Shown in pieces: positions 11,408-21,560 of a stretch of DNA of 44,195 bases; within the stretch, counting starts at the first letter, position 1, and each line of letters opens with the position of its first letter. This DNA comes from a virus (taxonomy: Duplodnaviria > Heunggongvirae > Uroviricota > Caudoviricetes): IMG/VR virus record IMGVR_UViG_2541047814_000002; one strand, given 5' to 3'. The translations under genes and the position numbers were made by a program. A model generated the notes under the pieces. The model saw only the letters and a list, made by a program, of their open reading frames with translations, did not search any database and was not told where the DNA came from.

Positions 11408-12159
11408 GCAATATCCATCACCTTGAACGCAGCCTGCGTAAACTACGCCTGACACGAGTTGGAGCTGAATGGCACGCTCTGGAAAAACGAGCACTGGCAG
11501 AAGGCTGGACACCATCGCGCTATCTTCTGACGCTATGCAATGAAGAACTCCTGTGGCGCGAGAGTGAAAAACTGCGTCGTTATAAAAAGGAGGCCCGGTT
11601 GCCAGTTGCCAAAACGCTAAGCGAATACGACTTCAGTCAGGTGCCGGAACTGAATGGAGCTCAGTTCCGGCAACTCTGTGAAACGACAGACTGGGTTGAT
11701 GCAGGAGAAAACGTTCTGCTGTTCGGAGCCAGCGGGTTGGGGAAAAGCCATCTGGCGGCAGCGATCGTGGATGGCGTAGTAGGCCAGGGCTACCGGGCCC
11801 GGTTCTACAGCGCAGGAGAGTTGTTGCAGGAACTACGTAAAGCCAGAGCGCAGTTGAAACTGAATGAGCTGCTACTGAAACTGGATCGCTACCGGGTGAT
11901 AGTGGTGGATGATCTTGGCTATGTCAAACGCGACAGCGCCGAAACGGGAGTACTGTTCGAGTTAATAGCGCATCGCTATGAACGTGGGAGCCTGGTGATA
12001 ACCAGTAACCATCCGTTCAGCATGTGGGGCAGCATCTTCGTGGATGAGACTATGGCGGTGGCGGCGGCAGACCGGCTGATCCATCACGGATATATGTTCG
12101 AACTGAAAGGTGAAAGCTACAGGAAAAAGACAGCGAAGGCAGTAACAAGCGCGACTTGA
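11404..12159 (+). CDS. istB: IS21-family ATP-binding helper protein IstB
   Basis: 251 aa with Walker A GASGLGKSHLA and Walker B VIVVDDLGY; ATGA overlap with istA stop. Confidence 0.9.
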   Translation: MSNIHHLERSLRKLRLTRVGAEWHALEKRALAEGWTPSRYLLTLCNEELLWRESEKLRRYKKEARLPVAKTLSEYDFSQVPELNGAQFRQLCETTDWVDAGENVLLFGASGLGKSHLAAAIVDGVVGQGYRARFYSAGELLQELRKARAQLKLNELLLKLDRYRVIVVDDLGYVKRDSAETGVLFELIAHRYERGSLVITSNHPFSMWGSIFVDETMAVAAADRLIHHGYMFELKGESYRKKTAKAVTSAT

Positions 12160-12224
12160 TGTCGCACTGAAGGGTGCGGCCAGTATAGTTGGCGCGAGTC
12201 GGCAAAACTAGTTGACGTCTAATA

Positions 12225-13654
12225 GTCAGCAGGGCAGCATGAGCACTGTCTTCCTGACGATCGCCCGCAGACACCTTCACGCCGGACTGTTTCGGCTTTT
12301 TCAGCGTCGCTTCATAATCCTTTTTCGCCGCCGCCATCAGCGTGTTGTAATCTGCCTGCAGGATTTTCCCGTCTTTCAGTGCCTTGTTCAGTTCTTCCTG
12401 ACGGGCGGTATATTTCTCCAGCGGTGTCTGCAGCCGTTCGTAAGCCTTCTGCGCCTCTTCGGTATATTTCAGCCGTGATGCTTCGGTATCGCTCTGCTGC
12501 TGCGCATTTTTGTCCTGTTGACTCTGCTGTTCAGCCTTCTTTCGGGCGGCTTCAAGCGCAAGACGGGCCTTTTCACGATCATCCCAGTAACGCGCCCGCG
12601 CTTCATCGTTAACAAAATAATCATCCTTGCGCAGATTCCAGATGTCGTCCGCTTTCTTAAACGCAGCCTCTGCCTTAATCAGCATCTCCTGAGCGGTATC
12701 AGGACGACCAATATCCAGCACCGCATCCCACATGGATTTGAATGCCCGTGCTGTCCTGTCTGCCCAGGTTTCCAGCGTGCCCATGTTCTCTTTCAGGCGT
12801 CGGGTCTGGTCATCAAACCCTTTCGTTGCGGCCTCGTTCGCCGCCTGCAATGCCCCGGATTCATCGCCGGAACGCTGCAACTGAGCAACATACGCAATCT
12901 GCTCCGCCGTTACGTTATGGAACTGGCGCGCCATCGCCGTCAGCCCCGACGTCGGGTCAGTGGTCAGCTTCCCGAAGGCTTCAGCGACCTTGTCCACCTC
13001 CACGCCGGATGCAGAGGAGAAACGCGCCACACTCTGGCTGATGGATGCAATCTGAGCCTCACCGCTTACTCCCGCCTTAACCAGTGCGCTGAGTGACTCG
13101 CTGGTCTGGTTAAACGTCAGCCCTGCCGCCTGCCCGGCTCTGGACAGGACCAGCATACGATCTGCCGTCAGACCCGACTGATTGCCGGAAAGGACCAGCG
13201 TTTTGTTGAAATCGGACAGGGTTGAGTTACCCTGATACCAGGCATACGCCAGCGCACCGGTCGCCACCGCCAGCGAGGTGGCCCCGACCATCGGCAGGGT
13301 GATCGCACCGGCAAGCCCCCGGAACATGGGGATCATCCCGCCGAAGGAGTCCTTAACCTGACCACCCTGTTGCAGCAGGATCAGCCACGGGCTTTGCCCG
13401 CCTGCAAGCTGCGTGGCCACGTCGGTGAACTGTGCAGGCAGCATACGCATGGCGGCTTTATACTGCCCGACGGAAATCCCCGCTTTCTGTGCAGCCAGCG
13501 CCTGTCGGCTCAGCGACTGTTCAACGACTGCCGCTGTTTTTTTCGCATCACTTTCCGTACCGGAAAAATGACGCCTGACTCTGGCCATCTGCTCGTCAAA
13601 TCTGGCCGCATCCAGACTTAAATCAACGACCAGATCGCCTACCGGTTCAGCCAT
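12225..13654 (-). pseudogene. H: tail tape measure protein H, N-terminal fragment (gene split by IS insertion)
   Basis: MAEPVGDLVVDLSLDAARFDEQMARVRRHF... through ...SAHAALLT matches the lambda H N-terminal part; the ORF-track ORF 12050..13654 continues 57 codons into IS sequence (read-through artefact). Confidence 0.9.
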
Positions 13655-14081
13655 ACCGGACTCCTCCTGCGATCCCTTCTGATACTGTCATCAGCATTAC
13701 GTCATCCTCCGTCATGCCCGCCATATCCGGGGAAGCGGGGATAACTTCATTTCCGTCCGGGTCAAAGCGGACGCCTCCGGTAAGCCCTGCCGCTTTCTGC
13801 ATCAGCACATCATCTTCAGGCTCTTCGTCATCCTCACGCCGGTTCAGCAAACTGAAATCCAGCGGATGCATATCCGGATCGCTGAAAAACAGGCTGAGCA
13901 CAGTGTACGTCAGCCCGGAAAAGTGCATATCCAGCAGAACATCATGAAAATAATGGGTACTGTAAAAGCGGTGCCAGTCGGCATACTCCGTGGATGACAT
14001 CCCGGCAAGCATGGCGCGCCAGTCAGGTCGCCCCATCTCTCGCGCCAGTTTCAGGGCAAAACTCAGCTCACCGTCGAACAC
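13647..14081 (-). CDS. T: tail assembly protein T reading frame (expressed as G-T fusion by -1 frameshift)
   Basis: 144 aa matching lambda T; overlaps 3' end of G in the -1 frame. Confidence 0.85.
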   Translation of the reverse strand: MFDGELSFALKLAREMGRPDWRAMLAGMSSTEYADWHRFYSTHYFHDVLLDMHFSGLTYTVLSLFFSDPDMHPLDFSLLNRREDDEEPEDDVLMQKAAGLTGGVRFDPDGNEVIPASPDMAGMTEDDVMLMTVSEGIAGGVRYG

Positions 14082-14485
14082 TTTCCCGCAGAAACAGGCT
14101 CTGCAGGCCCGGAGTCCTCTGCCTGGTCAGGGGCATCATTCACCACAAACCCATACATACCGGACAGCCGGTACACCACGTTTTCAGCATGAGAAATTGC
14201 CTCCGCGGGCCAGGTGGTAAGCACTTCCTGCTCAATCTGTTTAACGGCTTCATTCATGGAAGGCTGCTTTGTCTTCTGCGGATGGTTATGCCACAGGGAC
14301 ATCGCCACCACAAAAGCACCGGTTCTGATGGCGTCTTCCACAGTAACCTGCCGGTTGCTGTCTGACTCCGCCTGTTCTGCCTGCTGTTTCATCAGGGCGA
14401 GATGCTCAATACGCTGCAGGGCTGACAGTTCAGAAAGCGTGACGGTCACGCCGTTATGTTCAAATGATTCGGTTTTCAGGAACAT
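14063..14485 (-). CDS. G: tail assembly chaperone G
   Basis: 140 aa, MFLKTESFEHNGVTVTLSELSALQRIEHLALMKQ... matches lambda G. Confidence 0.9.
   Translation of the reverse strand: MFLKTESFEHNGVTVTLSELSALQRIEHLALMKQQAEQAESDSNRQVTVEDAIRTGAFVVAMSLWHNHPQKTKQPSMNEAVKQIEQEVLTTWPAEAISHAENVVYRLSGMYGFVVNDAPDQAEDSGPAEPVSAGKCSTVS
14081..14087 (-). other. G-T programmed -1 ribosomal frameshift slippery heptamer (G GGA AAG)
   Basis: Plus-strand CTTTCCC = minus-strand GGGAAAG at the G/T overlap, the canonical lambda slippery sequence. Confidence 0.7.
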
Positions 14486-14500
14486 CGCTGACTCTCCGGA

Positions 14501-15241
14501 TTAACTGTCGGTGACAGTGATTTCTGCAACCGCAGCAAGTTCACCATTACCGGATACAACCGGAATGTTGACCTTGCCTGCAGCAACGCCGTTCACGGTG
14601 ATGGTCATACCACTGACCGACACGGTGGCTTTTGTTTTATCCGCTGACACCGCACGGAAGCTCTTGTCAGTTGCGCCCTCCGGCTGGAAGGCCACGGTCA
14701 GCGTGGTGCTCTGCCCTTTCACCACCGAGGAGCTGGCAGGCGTCACGGTCATACCGGTTGCCGCCGTCACCGTACTGCGATCTTCTGCCATTGACGGACG
14801 GCCCACATTGGTGACCTTCACCGTACGGGTGATCACTTCCTTCGCCGTCACCGCCTTACCGATACTGCTGACCCAGCCACGGAACACATCGACCGTGCCG
14901 TTCGGGAAGCGGATTTTATAGGCACGGGTATCACCTTCATTAAACCACGCCAGCAGCGCCTGCTGCCCCTGCTCTCCGGGCATCCACGCCAGCGTGAAGC
15001 TGGTATCTCCGGCGGATTTCTGCCCCTGCCCGGTCGCGGTCCAGTCCGCATCTTCATCATCGAGATAACTGTCGTCATAGGACTCAGCGGTCAGTTCGCC
15101 GGGCGTCAGGTCTTTAATTTTTGCCAGACGCGACCAGTCATTGTCTGAAAGCGGGTTTGCATAAGGGTCGCCGCTCCCGTTATAAACCCACAGTGTGGTC
15201 CCGGCCCCTTTCACCGGTGCCAGAGGATTTGGTGTTGGCAT
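14501..15241 (-). CDS. V: major tail protein V
   Basis: [20 protein letters not shown]... matches lambda V including C-terminal Ig-like domain; ATG at 15239..15241 chosen because U stops at 15249. Confidence 0.9.
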   Translation of the reverse strand: MPTPNPLAPVKGAGTTLWVYNGSGDPYANPLSDNDWSRLAKIKDLTPGELTAESYDDSYLDDEDADWTATGQGQKSAGDTSFTLAWMPGEQGQQALLAWFNEGDTRAYKIRFPNGTVDVFRGWVSSIGKAVTAKEVITRTVKVTNVGRPSMAEDRSTVTAATGMTVTPASSSVVKGQSTTLTVAFQPEGATDKSFRAVSADKTKATVSVSGMTITVNGVAAGKVNIPVVSGNGELAAVAEITVTDS

Positions 15242-15248
15242 ATCGTCC

Positions 15249-15644
15249 TCACATTTCATAGGTAATGACATAAGTCAGATCGGCTGAACTCCACAGGCCC
15301 GCATCATCGTCGCGCCGGTAGTCATAGCCACTGGCCACCATACTGGTGATCAAATCTGACAGTGCCGGGATATCGCTCATCACCGGATAAATCCGGGACT
15401 CCATCCACGAATCCAGCTCTGAATCCGGCACCTGAGCAGGCAGGAAAACTTCAATATGCAGCTCCGCCTGCCAGGTATCGCTGTCCAGCTCTTCGCCCGT
15501 GTATTCAGCGCCGGTGAGATAAACGGCAATTGCCGGAAAATCTTCCTCATCAAAAACAGCAGGGCGACCATCAAAAAGCGTCGCCCCGGTGTCATGCTTC
15601 TCCAGTGCATCCAGTACGGCTGCACGGAGTTCAGTATGTTTCAT
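15249..15644 (-). CDS. U: tail terminator protein U
   Basis: 131 aa, [43 protein letters not shown]... matches lambda U. Confidence 0.9.
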   Translation of the reverse strand: MKHTELRAAVLDALEKHDTGATLFDGRPAVFDEEDFPAIAVYLTGAEYTGEELDSDTWQAELHIEVFLPAQVPDSELDSWMESRIYPVMSDIPALSDLITSMVASGYDYRRDDDAGLWSSADLTYVITYEM

Positions 15645-16219
15645 CGCTTTATTACCATTCTCAGTTGATGCTGCAGCGCATAGCCCAGCTCTTTCGGAAG
15701 ACGCTCACGCCGTATCCGCTCAATATTCTGTTTAAACGCCGTGGTCAGCGGCACCGCCATCGGGATTTTCACCACATCAATGGGGTAACGGTTTTTCCCG
15801 GCCACACGCTGCATGACATGCCACCGGCCATTTTTCAGTTGCTGAATAAACGCGCCGGGAATACGACGGTTTCCCACCACAAGCACGCTGCCGCCACCTT
15901 TCAGGGATGAACGCTGCCCCTTTTTACGACGCCTGCGTCGGGACAGGACAACCCGCGCGTTACCCAGCCTGATTACGGGCAAATCCCCCCGGTTAACTTT
16001 GATTCTGGCCTGCGGATTTTTGACCGTGGCCCTTTTCAGCCTGGCCCTTTCCTTTACCAGTTTCCGGCGTACCTTTGTCTCACGGGCAACCAGTGACGCC
16101 GACTGCGATATCGCGGATGAAGCAACGCGGTTAATGGCCATTGCGGCGGCACCAGGCACTGCCGTTTTGCTGATACGGCTGAGGTTTTCAACGGCCTGCT
16201 CAAGACCTTTTATGGCCAT
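15641..16219 (-). CDS. Z: tail completion protein Z
   Basis: MAIKGLEQAVENLSRISKTAVPGAAAMAINR... matches lambda Z; start set at internal ATG 16217..16219. Confidence 0.85.
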   Translation of the reverse strand: MAIKGLEQAVENLSRISKTAVPGAAAMAINRVASSAISQSASLVARETKVRRKLVKERARLKRATVKNPQARIKVNRGDLPVIRLGNARVVLSRRRRRKKGQRSSLKGGGSVLVVGNRRIPGAFIQQLKNGRWHVMQRVAGKNRYPIDVVKIPMAVPLTTAFKQNIERIRRERLPKELGYALQHQLRMVIKR

Positions 16220-16230
16220 ACATCCCCCTT

Positions 16231-16584
16231 TCAGCGGCGACGGCTGGCGGCAGGTGGTTGCCCCCGGTTGAGCCAGAGATAACAACTCCCTCCGTCATCC
16301 GGAGAAACACGGTCCACCCAGAACATCTCGCCGTTAATGGTCAGCGTGTCACCACGCCGTACAGCACAAACCGTATCCGTAAGCACAAATAATGACGGGT
16401 TACTTCCTTCAATACGGATCCCACTACTGGCAAAACCCAGCGACTCCGGATCGTCAAAAACGCCATGAACCTCGCCGCCACGCTGTGCACCGGAGGTGAA
16501 CTGCGCACTGATGCCCATCACTTCAACAATCGTACTGTCCACCCCGGCAAGGGCGGCATCAAAGGCATTCTGAAAATCACGCAT
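16231..16584 (-). CDS. FII: head-tail connector protein FII
   Basis: Lambda FII-like C-terminus (...RGDTLTI..FWVDRVSPDDGGSC.LWL.RG.PPA..RRR); start ATG overlaps FI stop. Confidence 0.85.
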   Translation of the reverse strand: MRDFQNAFDAALAGVDSTIVEVMGISAQFTSGAQRGGEVHGVFDDPESLGFASSGIRIEGSNPSLFVLTDTVCAVRRGDTLTINGEMFWVDRVSPDDGGSCYLWLNRGQPPAASRRR

Positions 16585-16951
16585 AAACAGCCATTCCACC
16601 ATCAACGTGTGTTTTTGCATCTGAGGACATAATCAGAATCACCCGACCAACATCCGCAAGCTCAACGGATTCCCCCGTTTCACCATCAACGCCACAGAGA
16701 TGGAGGCAGGTCAGAACTCTGATGCGCGTTAACGCGCCGGATGTTTCCTCACGAACATCATGAGCCGCGGTTTCCCGCTCCCGGATATCCATATTCATAA
16801 CCTGTACATCATCGCCGGATGACTGCATTTCCTCTTCCCATTCTGCCACCCGCTGCGCTATCTCTGCGGCACTCCCGGATATATCCGGCTCACGCCCCAG
16901 AATCAGGGCCAGTTCATCAAGCCGTTTCAGATTTTGCTCTTTCGTTGCCAT
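16577..16951 (-). CDS. FI: DNA packaging protein FI
   Basis: Position between E and FII, size and acidic character like lambda FI; sequence more diverged. Confidence 0.75.
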   Translation of the reverse strand: MATKEQNLKRLDELALILGREPDISGSAAEIAQRVAEWEEEMQSSGDDVQVMNMDIRERETAAHDVREETSGALTRIRVLTCLHLCGVDGETGESVELADVGRVILIMSSDAKTHVDGGMAVYA

Positions 16952-17002
16952 ATCAGCCCCCTGTGAAAAAAGACACGGGGGCATTTCGCCCCCGCTCACG
17001 GA

Positions 17003-18031
17003 TTATTTCACCTGTACCACCACAAACTCATCCGGGTCCGGCAACACCATCAGCGGCGCGGACTGCGTCATGGTAAATTCACGGGCGGGATCCCCTACCG
17101 TCAGCCAGTGTTTCGGATAACGGGAAGAGGCCACCACACCTTCGGACAACGCCTGAGCATCCTGAATGGCACCGTAACAACGGATCCCATCTGCAGCAGT
17201 ATTCCCCAGAACCAGCATGCCATCTGGAAGATAACGTTTTTCGGTACCGTCTTCTGCTATATAAGACGTTTTCGCCACCACAATGGCCAGATCGCCGTAA
17301 TACCCCTTGAAGGACACCACTGCGCCCAGATCTTTCACTGCCGTTTCGAGTTGAGAATTTGAACCGCGACGGGTATCCAGTTTTTCGCGGAACAGCTTAA
17401 AACCATTCAGAAGACGCCAGACGGTACCGTCCATAATGGCAATATTCACAAGACCGCTGGCCAGGTCGCAGTAGAGGTCAATATCATGTGTAGGATCGAA
17501 CGTGTCACGATCCTGTTTTGACCACTCCTTACCACTACCCTGAGTGATGTTATTCTTCGTCGACCTGCCAAAATCGACCTCAATTTTCTCGAACTGGTCT
17601 CCTTCCATGGTGTATTTGCCATACAACACAGCATTTACCGCCTGCATTTCTTCCACCTGGACAATCGCGTGCTCTTCCTGTTTGAGGTTATCGGTAATGA
17701 TACGCAGACGGCGGTAAGCCGGATCATTCAGTTGAGATGGATCTTCACCAGGAAGGCGCTCAACCGCCTGCTGGTAATTAAATTCGTGTTTCGGCTTGAC
17801 GTAGCCCGGACGCAACACGCGGGTTTCACCACCACGATGACGCAGCACTTTTCCTTCAACAACCGGGGAGACATAGGCCGCCACCGGCGTTTTTCCGGTA
17901 ATTTTGTCCAGCATCACCTCTTCGGTATGGAAATTCACCGTACGGCGGAAAAACAGCTCCAGAAACAGCGCACGAAATTTAACTTTTTGTTCGGTATAAC
18001 CGAGTAACTGGCGGGTCGTAAACAATCCCAT
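17003..18031 (-). CDS. E: major capsid protein E
   Basis: 342 aa with extensive identity to lambda E (PGYVKPKHE..., TRRGSNS.LETAVKDLG..., PAREFTM.QSAPLM). Confidence 0.95.
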   Translation of the reverse strand: MGLFTTRQLLGYTEQKVKFRALFLELFFRRTVNFHTEEVMLDKITGKTPVAAYVSPVVEGKVLRHRGGETRVLRPGYVKPKHEFNYQQAVERLPGEDPSQLNDPAYRRLRIITDNLKQEEHAIVQVEEMQAVNAVLYGKYTMEGDQFEKIEVDFGRSTKNNITQGSGKEWSKQDRDTFDPTHDIDLYCDLASGLVNIAIMDGTVWRLLNGFKLFREKLDTRRGSNSQLETAVKDLGAVVSFKGYYGDLAIVVAKTSYIAEDGTEKRYLPDGMLVLGNTAADGIRCYGAIQDAQALSEGVVASSRYPKHWLTVGDPAREFTMTQSAPLMVLPDPDEFVVVQVK

Positions 18032-18088
18032 AAATCAGTTCCTTTCATTCAGAAATCAGTCAGGCCACCGCGGTGGCCTGATAACGTG

Positions 18089-18436
18089 TTACGGCAGCGC
18101 CGCGTGACTCAGGGCACTGCCAGCAAAGGCGTTGGCCTTTTTGTGTTCATCCACACTTTCAGGCCAGTGGATTGCCTCCGTCGCAAAGGTTCCCGACTTG
18201 TAATACGTCAGCGCCGTCTCTGTGCCTTCAAGCGGCAGTACCAGTATGCCAACCGCACTACCGGCTTTCTGTCCGTCCCAGACCACCAGTTTCCCGGTGG
18301 CTTCATCCAGCATCAGGGGCGTCAGTGCCGGTGTTGGCGAGGAAATCCCGCTGCTGCCTGTGGCGGTATGAGCCGGATCATTACCGGCAAAAATACGTAC
18401 TTCCGCACGCTGTTCAGTGATGGTTTTCGTCACCAT
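18089..18436 (-). CDS. D: head decoration protein D
   Basis: 115 aa, lambda D-like (DPAHTAT..., TPLMLD, AFAGSA). Confidence 0.9.
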   Translation of the reverse strand: MVTKTITEQRAEVRIFAGNDPAHTATGSSGISSPTPALTPLMLDEATGKLVVWDGQKAGSAVGILVLPLEGTETALTYYKSGTFATEAIHWPESVDEHKKANAFAGSALSHAALP

Positions 18437-18472
18437 ATTGTAAAAACCTCCTATTGATGGTCAGCACTGACT

Positions 18473-19978
18473 TCATGGCATGGCCATGAGCATTTTCACG
18501 TCCGCATCACCGTCTGCTGACGTCTGTGCCACGCCACCCTGTACCGCTGCCGGTGAATGGTTCGCCATGAAATGTTCAAACATGGCGGTTGTGGATGCAG
18601 AGACCGGTTCTGCCTTACCTGATCCCGCAGCCAGCACAGCCCGGGCGCTCTCCACTGTCATTCCCGGGCAGGCAGCCAGCTGTTCAGCCTGCGCCTCAGC
18701 CCCTTTTGCCTCATCCAGTGCCATGATCTGATCACGGAGTGATGGTCCGGCATCCGCCTGCGGTGAAGCAGCCAGGATCGGGCGGGCTTTTTCCACCGTC
18801 ATCTCCGGCATCGCCGCCAGCGTTGCCGCCAGTTGTTCACGACCGTTCGCTTCTTCACACACCATAATGCGATCGGCTTCACTCTGCGTGGATGCCACCG
18901 GCTGCTGCGGTGCCGCCGCGGCCAGAATCGCCCGGGCCTGTTCAACGCTCATGCCCTGTTGTCCTGCCAGCATCGTGGCAAGCTGTTCACGTCCTTTCGC
19001 TTCCTGGCATGTCAGGATCCCCATCACTCGCTGGTTCTCCTGCGCGGCGGCTTCCGTTGCAGTTAATTGCGGCATAGTGCCTCCTCTGACATTACTGTTC
19101 AGCGCCGTGGCCATCACACTGATGGCATCCGACGCATTGATTAATTCATCCGCCAGCCCGGCCTCAATGCCGGACTGACCTTCAAAAACGGCAGCCTCTG
19201 TTCCCGTGACGGCATCAACAGACAGACCGGTATACATCGCCACTTTTTCGGCAAACATCCGGCGCGCCGCATCAATCCGCTGCTGCATGTCCTGGCGAAC
19301 CTCTGCCGGCAACGCTTCAAACTGATTGCCATCCACCTTGTGCGCCCCTGAGTAAATCAGCGTGATATCCACACCGGCCTGCGCCAGATGACCGGCATAG
19401 CTGACATGGCTCATCATCACGCCAATGGAGCCGATACGGGATGTCTGGGTAACCAGCCGTCGGGAGCAGGCCGACGCCAGCAGCATGGCTGCAGAACAGG
19501 CCGTGTCATTGCACAGTGCCCAGACCGGCTTCTGCTGACGGAGGCGGTAAATCATGTCAGCGCAGTCAAACGCGCCGGCGGCCTGCCCGCCCGGACTGTC
19601 AATGTCCAGCAGTACGCCCCGCACCTGGCTATCCGCCATTGCCTGCTGAAGACAGGCGACAATGCCGTCATAGCCTGTCATTCCGGAAAATGGCCGCATA
19701 CCACCCAGCCGGTGCACCAGCGTGCCGGTCACCGGCAGTACAGCAATACCGTTCACCACCCGGTAAACACGGGCCGGTCGTTTACCTCCGGCCATGTACT
19801 CGTCCGTTTCAGCCAGCATTCCGGGAGCATCAAACTGTACCTGCTGTTGTGGTACCGAAAGACTTGCTGCCCCCATCTCGCGCCCGAGCGCGCAAAAGAA
19901 AACCCGCGCATAGGCGGGCTCCAGAAGCAGCGGTTCATTGAATGCTGCGGCAATAATGTGTGAAAGATTACGTCTCAC
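18473..19978 (-). CDS. C: head maturation protease C (S49 family) with nested scaffold Nu3 region
   Basis: N-terminal protease domain matches lambda C (AFNEPL.LEPAYARVFFCAL, VWAL.ND.CSA, GSIGVMM.H); C-terminal part carries three tandem Nu3-like repeats. Confidence 0.9.
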   Translation of the reverse strand: MRRNLSHIIAAAFNEPLLLEPAYARVFFCALGREMGAASLSVPQQQVQFDAPGMLAETDEYMAGGKRPARVYRVVNGIAVLPVTGTLVHRLGGMRPFSGMTGYDGIVACLQQAMADSQVRGVLLDIDSPGGQAAGAFDCADMIYRLRQQKPVWALCNDTACSAAMLLASACSRRLVTQTSRIGSIGVMMSHVSYAGHLAQAGVDITLIYSGAHKVDGNQFEALPAEVRQDMQQRIDAARRMFAEKVAMYTGLSVDAVTGTEAAVFEGQSGIEAGLADELINASDAISVMATALNSNVRGGTMPQLTATEAAAQENQRVMGILTCQEAKGREQLATMLAGQQGMSVEQARAILAAAAPQQPVASTQSEADRIMVCEEANGREQLAATLAAMPEMTVEKARPILAASPQADAGPSLRDQIMALDEAKGAEAQAEQLAACPGMTVESARAVLAAGSGKAEPVSASTTAMFEHFMANHSPAAVQGGVAQTSADGDADVKMLMAMP

Positions 19979-21560
19979 GTGGTGTTGTCTCCTCTTCCGG
20001 CCTGCGACTCTCCGCTATCTGCTGCTGATACGCCTGCTCTATCCACACCGGACGTGAGAGTCCGGCTTTTTGCCGCTCAGCAGATTCCCTGACCTGCTGG
20101 CGGAAAATGTCCTGATAATCCTCGCCCATCAGCGCCAGCTCTTTCTCATACGTGCTCAGTCCGGCCTCAATGCGCATCACTGATTCCTGGACTTCCTTGA
20201 GCCCGTCAATGGCCATTCTTCCGGCACCAATCCACTCTGCCCGTGACCAGGCTGATCGCGCCTGATAAAAATCAAAACGTGCCCGTGGCGGACGAATAAT
20301 CCCCCGAAGAAGTGCCTCTTCCAGCCAGCAGGAAAACATCTGCGTGGCCAGCCGGGCCGCAATAAATTTTCGCCGCCCCATAAAATAGCGCCACGACTCA
20401 TTGGCGGAGGCGCGGGCACTTGAGTAACTGACCTTCGAGTAATCACGGGACAACTGTTCGTAGGAAACGCCAAGACCGGCGGCGATATACCGCAGCAGCG
20501 CCTGTTCAAGCGCAGAAAATCCATTGTCTGAATCCTGCGCAGTCTGTAGTTTCAGATCATCACCAGGGAAAAGGTGCGGAATTTTGACACCGCCCAGTGT
20601 CACGTTATTCGTGTCATACCAGCTGGAAAACTTCTCCAGAATATTAATAAGCGGATTATCCTTCTGCTCCTGTGGCGCGCCGGCGATATATTCAAAGGCC
20701 TTTTCGGTATCAAGTTCACTTTCAATCGTCGCTGCATACATCGCCTTCACTATGGCCGACTGAAGCTGTGTTGCCTGCAGGGAATCGAGCATCTTCAGCC
20801 GTTCCATGACGCTGTAAAACTGATTAGCCCCACGGGTCTGCCCGTCCTCCACCGGCTCGAAAATATGCAGCATGGCCGGACGCCCGGTGGGAAGTTCACG
20901 CGGGATCCGTTCCCATCGTCCACTACCAGAGAACGGAAAATCATCCTCACAGATATGGTACGCGACGGCACGGCCATATCGATCGACCTCCACACCGGCC
21001 CGCAGAAAACGGTTCCCCATACCGTGTCCAGGCGTGTCCACCCGTTTCGGACTCACGGCTTTAAAACGCGTACGGAATAACTGCGTGGTTTCCGTATCCC
21101 AGACCGGCTGCACAAAGATTTCGCCGTTAAACGCATGAACGCCCACACCTTCACGGATAAATTCCGTGAACGTGCGTTTTCCTTCCACGTCGATCTCGCC
21201 AAACATCCCTTCGGCGTATTCCGACCAGGCCGCCTCCACCTCATCGACAAAGCTTTTTGCTGCGGTCTCCCGCATCCCCAGCCAGCGCCAGTTCGGACGG
21301 TAGCTGATCAGAAACATATGCCCGACAATGTGATCCTTATGCAGAGCCACCGCATTAGCCGCTATTCCGTTATTGCGCACCAGATCATCTGCCCGGGCAT
21401 TCCCCAGACGCAACGCGGGCAGCAGGGCCGCATCGGCACTCTGCGCCGGTGGCAACCACTCAGCCATTTGCCCGCCAAATCCTGCACCGCCCCCGTTGTA
21501 GCTGAGACTCTCACGAAGCGGAACGCCGTTCACATCAATCAGGACAGGCGTTCGTTTCAT
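19968..21560 (-). CDS. B: portal protein B
   Basis: MKRTPVLIDVNGVPLRESLSYNGGGAGFGGQMAEW... matches lambda B; ATG at 21558..21560 overlaps W stop. Confidence 0.95.
   Translation of the reverse strand: MKRTPVLIDVNGVPLRESLSYNGGGAGFGGQMAEWLPPAQSADAALLPALRLGNARADDLVRNNGIAANAVALHKDHIVGHMFLISYRPNWRWLGMRETAAKSFVDEVEAAWSEYAEGMFGEIDVEGKRTFTEFIREGVGVHAFNGEIFVQPVWDTETTQLFRTRFKAVSPKRVDTPGHGMGNRFLRAGVEVDRYGRAVAYHICEDDFPFSGSGRWERIPRELPTGRPAMLHIFEPVEDGQTRGANQFYSVMERLKMLDSLQATQLQSAIVKAMYAATIESELDTEKAFEYIAGAPQEQKDNPLINILEKFSSWYDTNNVTLGGVKIPHLFPGDDLKLQTAQDSDNGFSALEQALLRYIAAGLGVSYEQLSRDYSKVSYSSARASANESWRYFMGRRKFIAARLATQMFSCWLEEALLRGIIRPPRARFDFYQARSAWSRAEWIGAGRMAIDGLKEVQESVMRIEAGLSTYEKELALMGEDYQDIFRQQVRESAERQKAGLSRPVWIEQAYQQQIAESRRPEEETTPRET

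Larger units (their letters stand above)
9814..12224 (+). mobile_element. IS21-family insertion sequence (istA-istB) inserted in H
   Basis: Two overlapping plus-strand ORFs typical of IS21 family; imperfect terminal inverted repeats (CTATGAGACGACAA... / ...TTGACGTCTAATA); flanked by 5-bp direct repeat GTCAG at 9809..9813 and 12225..12229; removing element plus one repeat restores the lambda H reading frame. Confidence 0.85.

Noticed and set aside
12050-12224. 3' extension of the H N-terminal ORF (57 codons after ...AALLT)
   Set aside because: Read-through into the IS21-family element end; the sequence after the junction is not H and is not counted as coding.
12518-13096. 192-aa plus-strand ORF
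   Set aside because: Antisense within the H N-terminal fragment; Arg/Cys-rich artefact.
19388-19963. 191-aa plus-strand ORF and overlapping 141-aa ORF
   Set aside because: Antisense to protease gene C; Pro/Arg-rich composition typical of an antisense frame.
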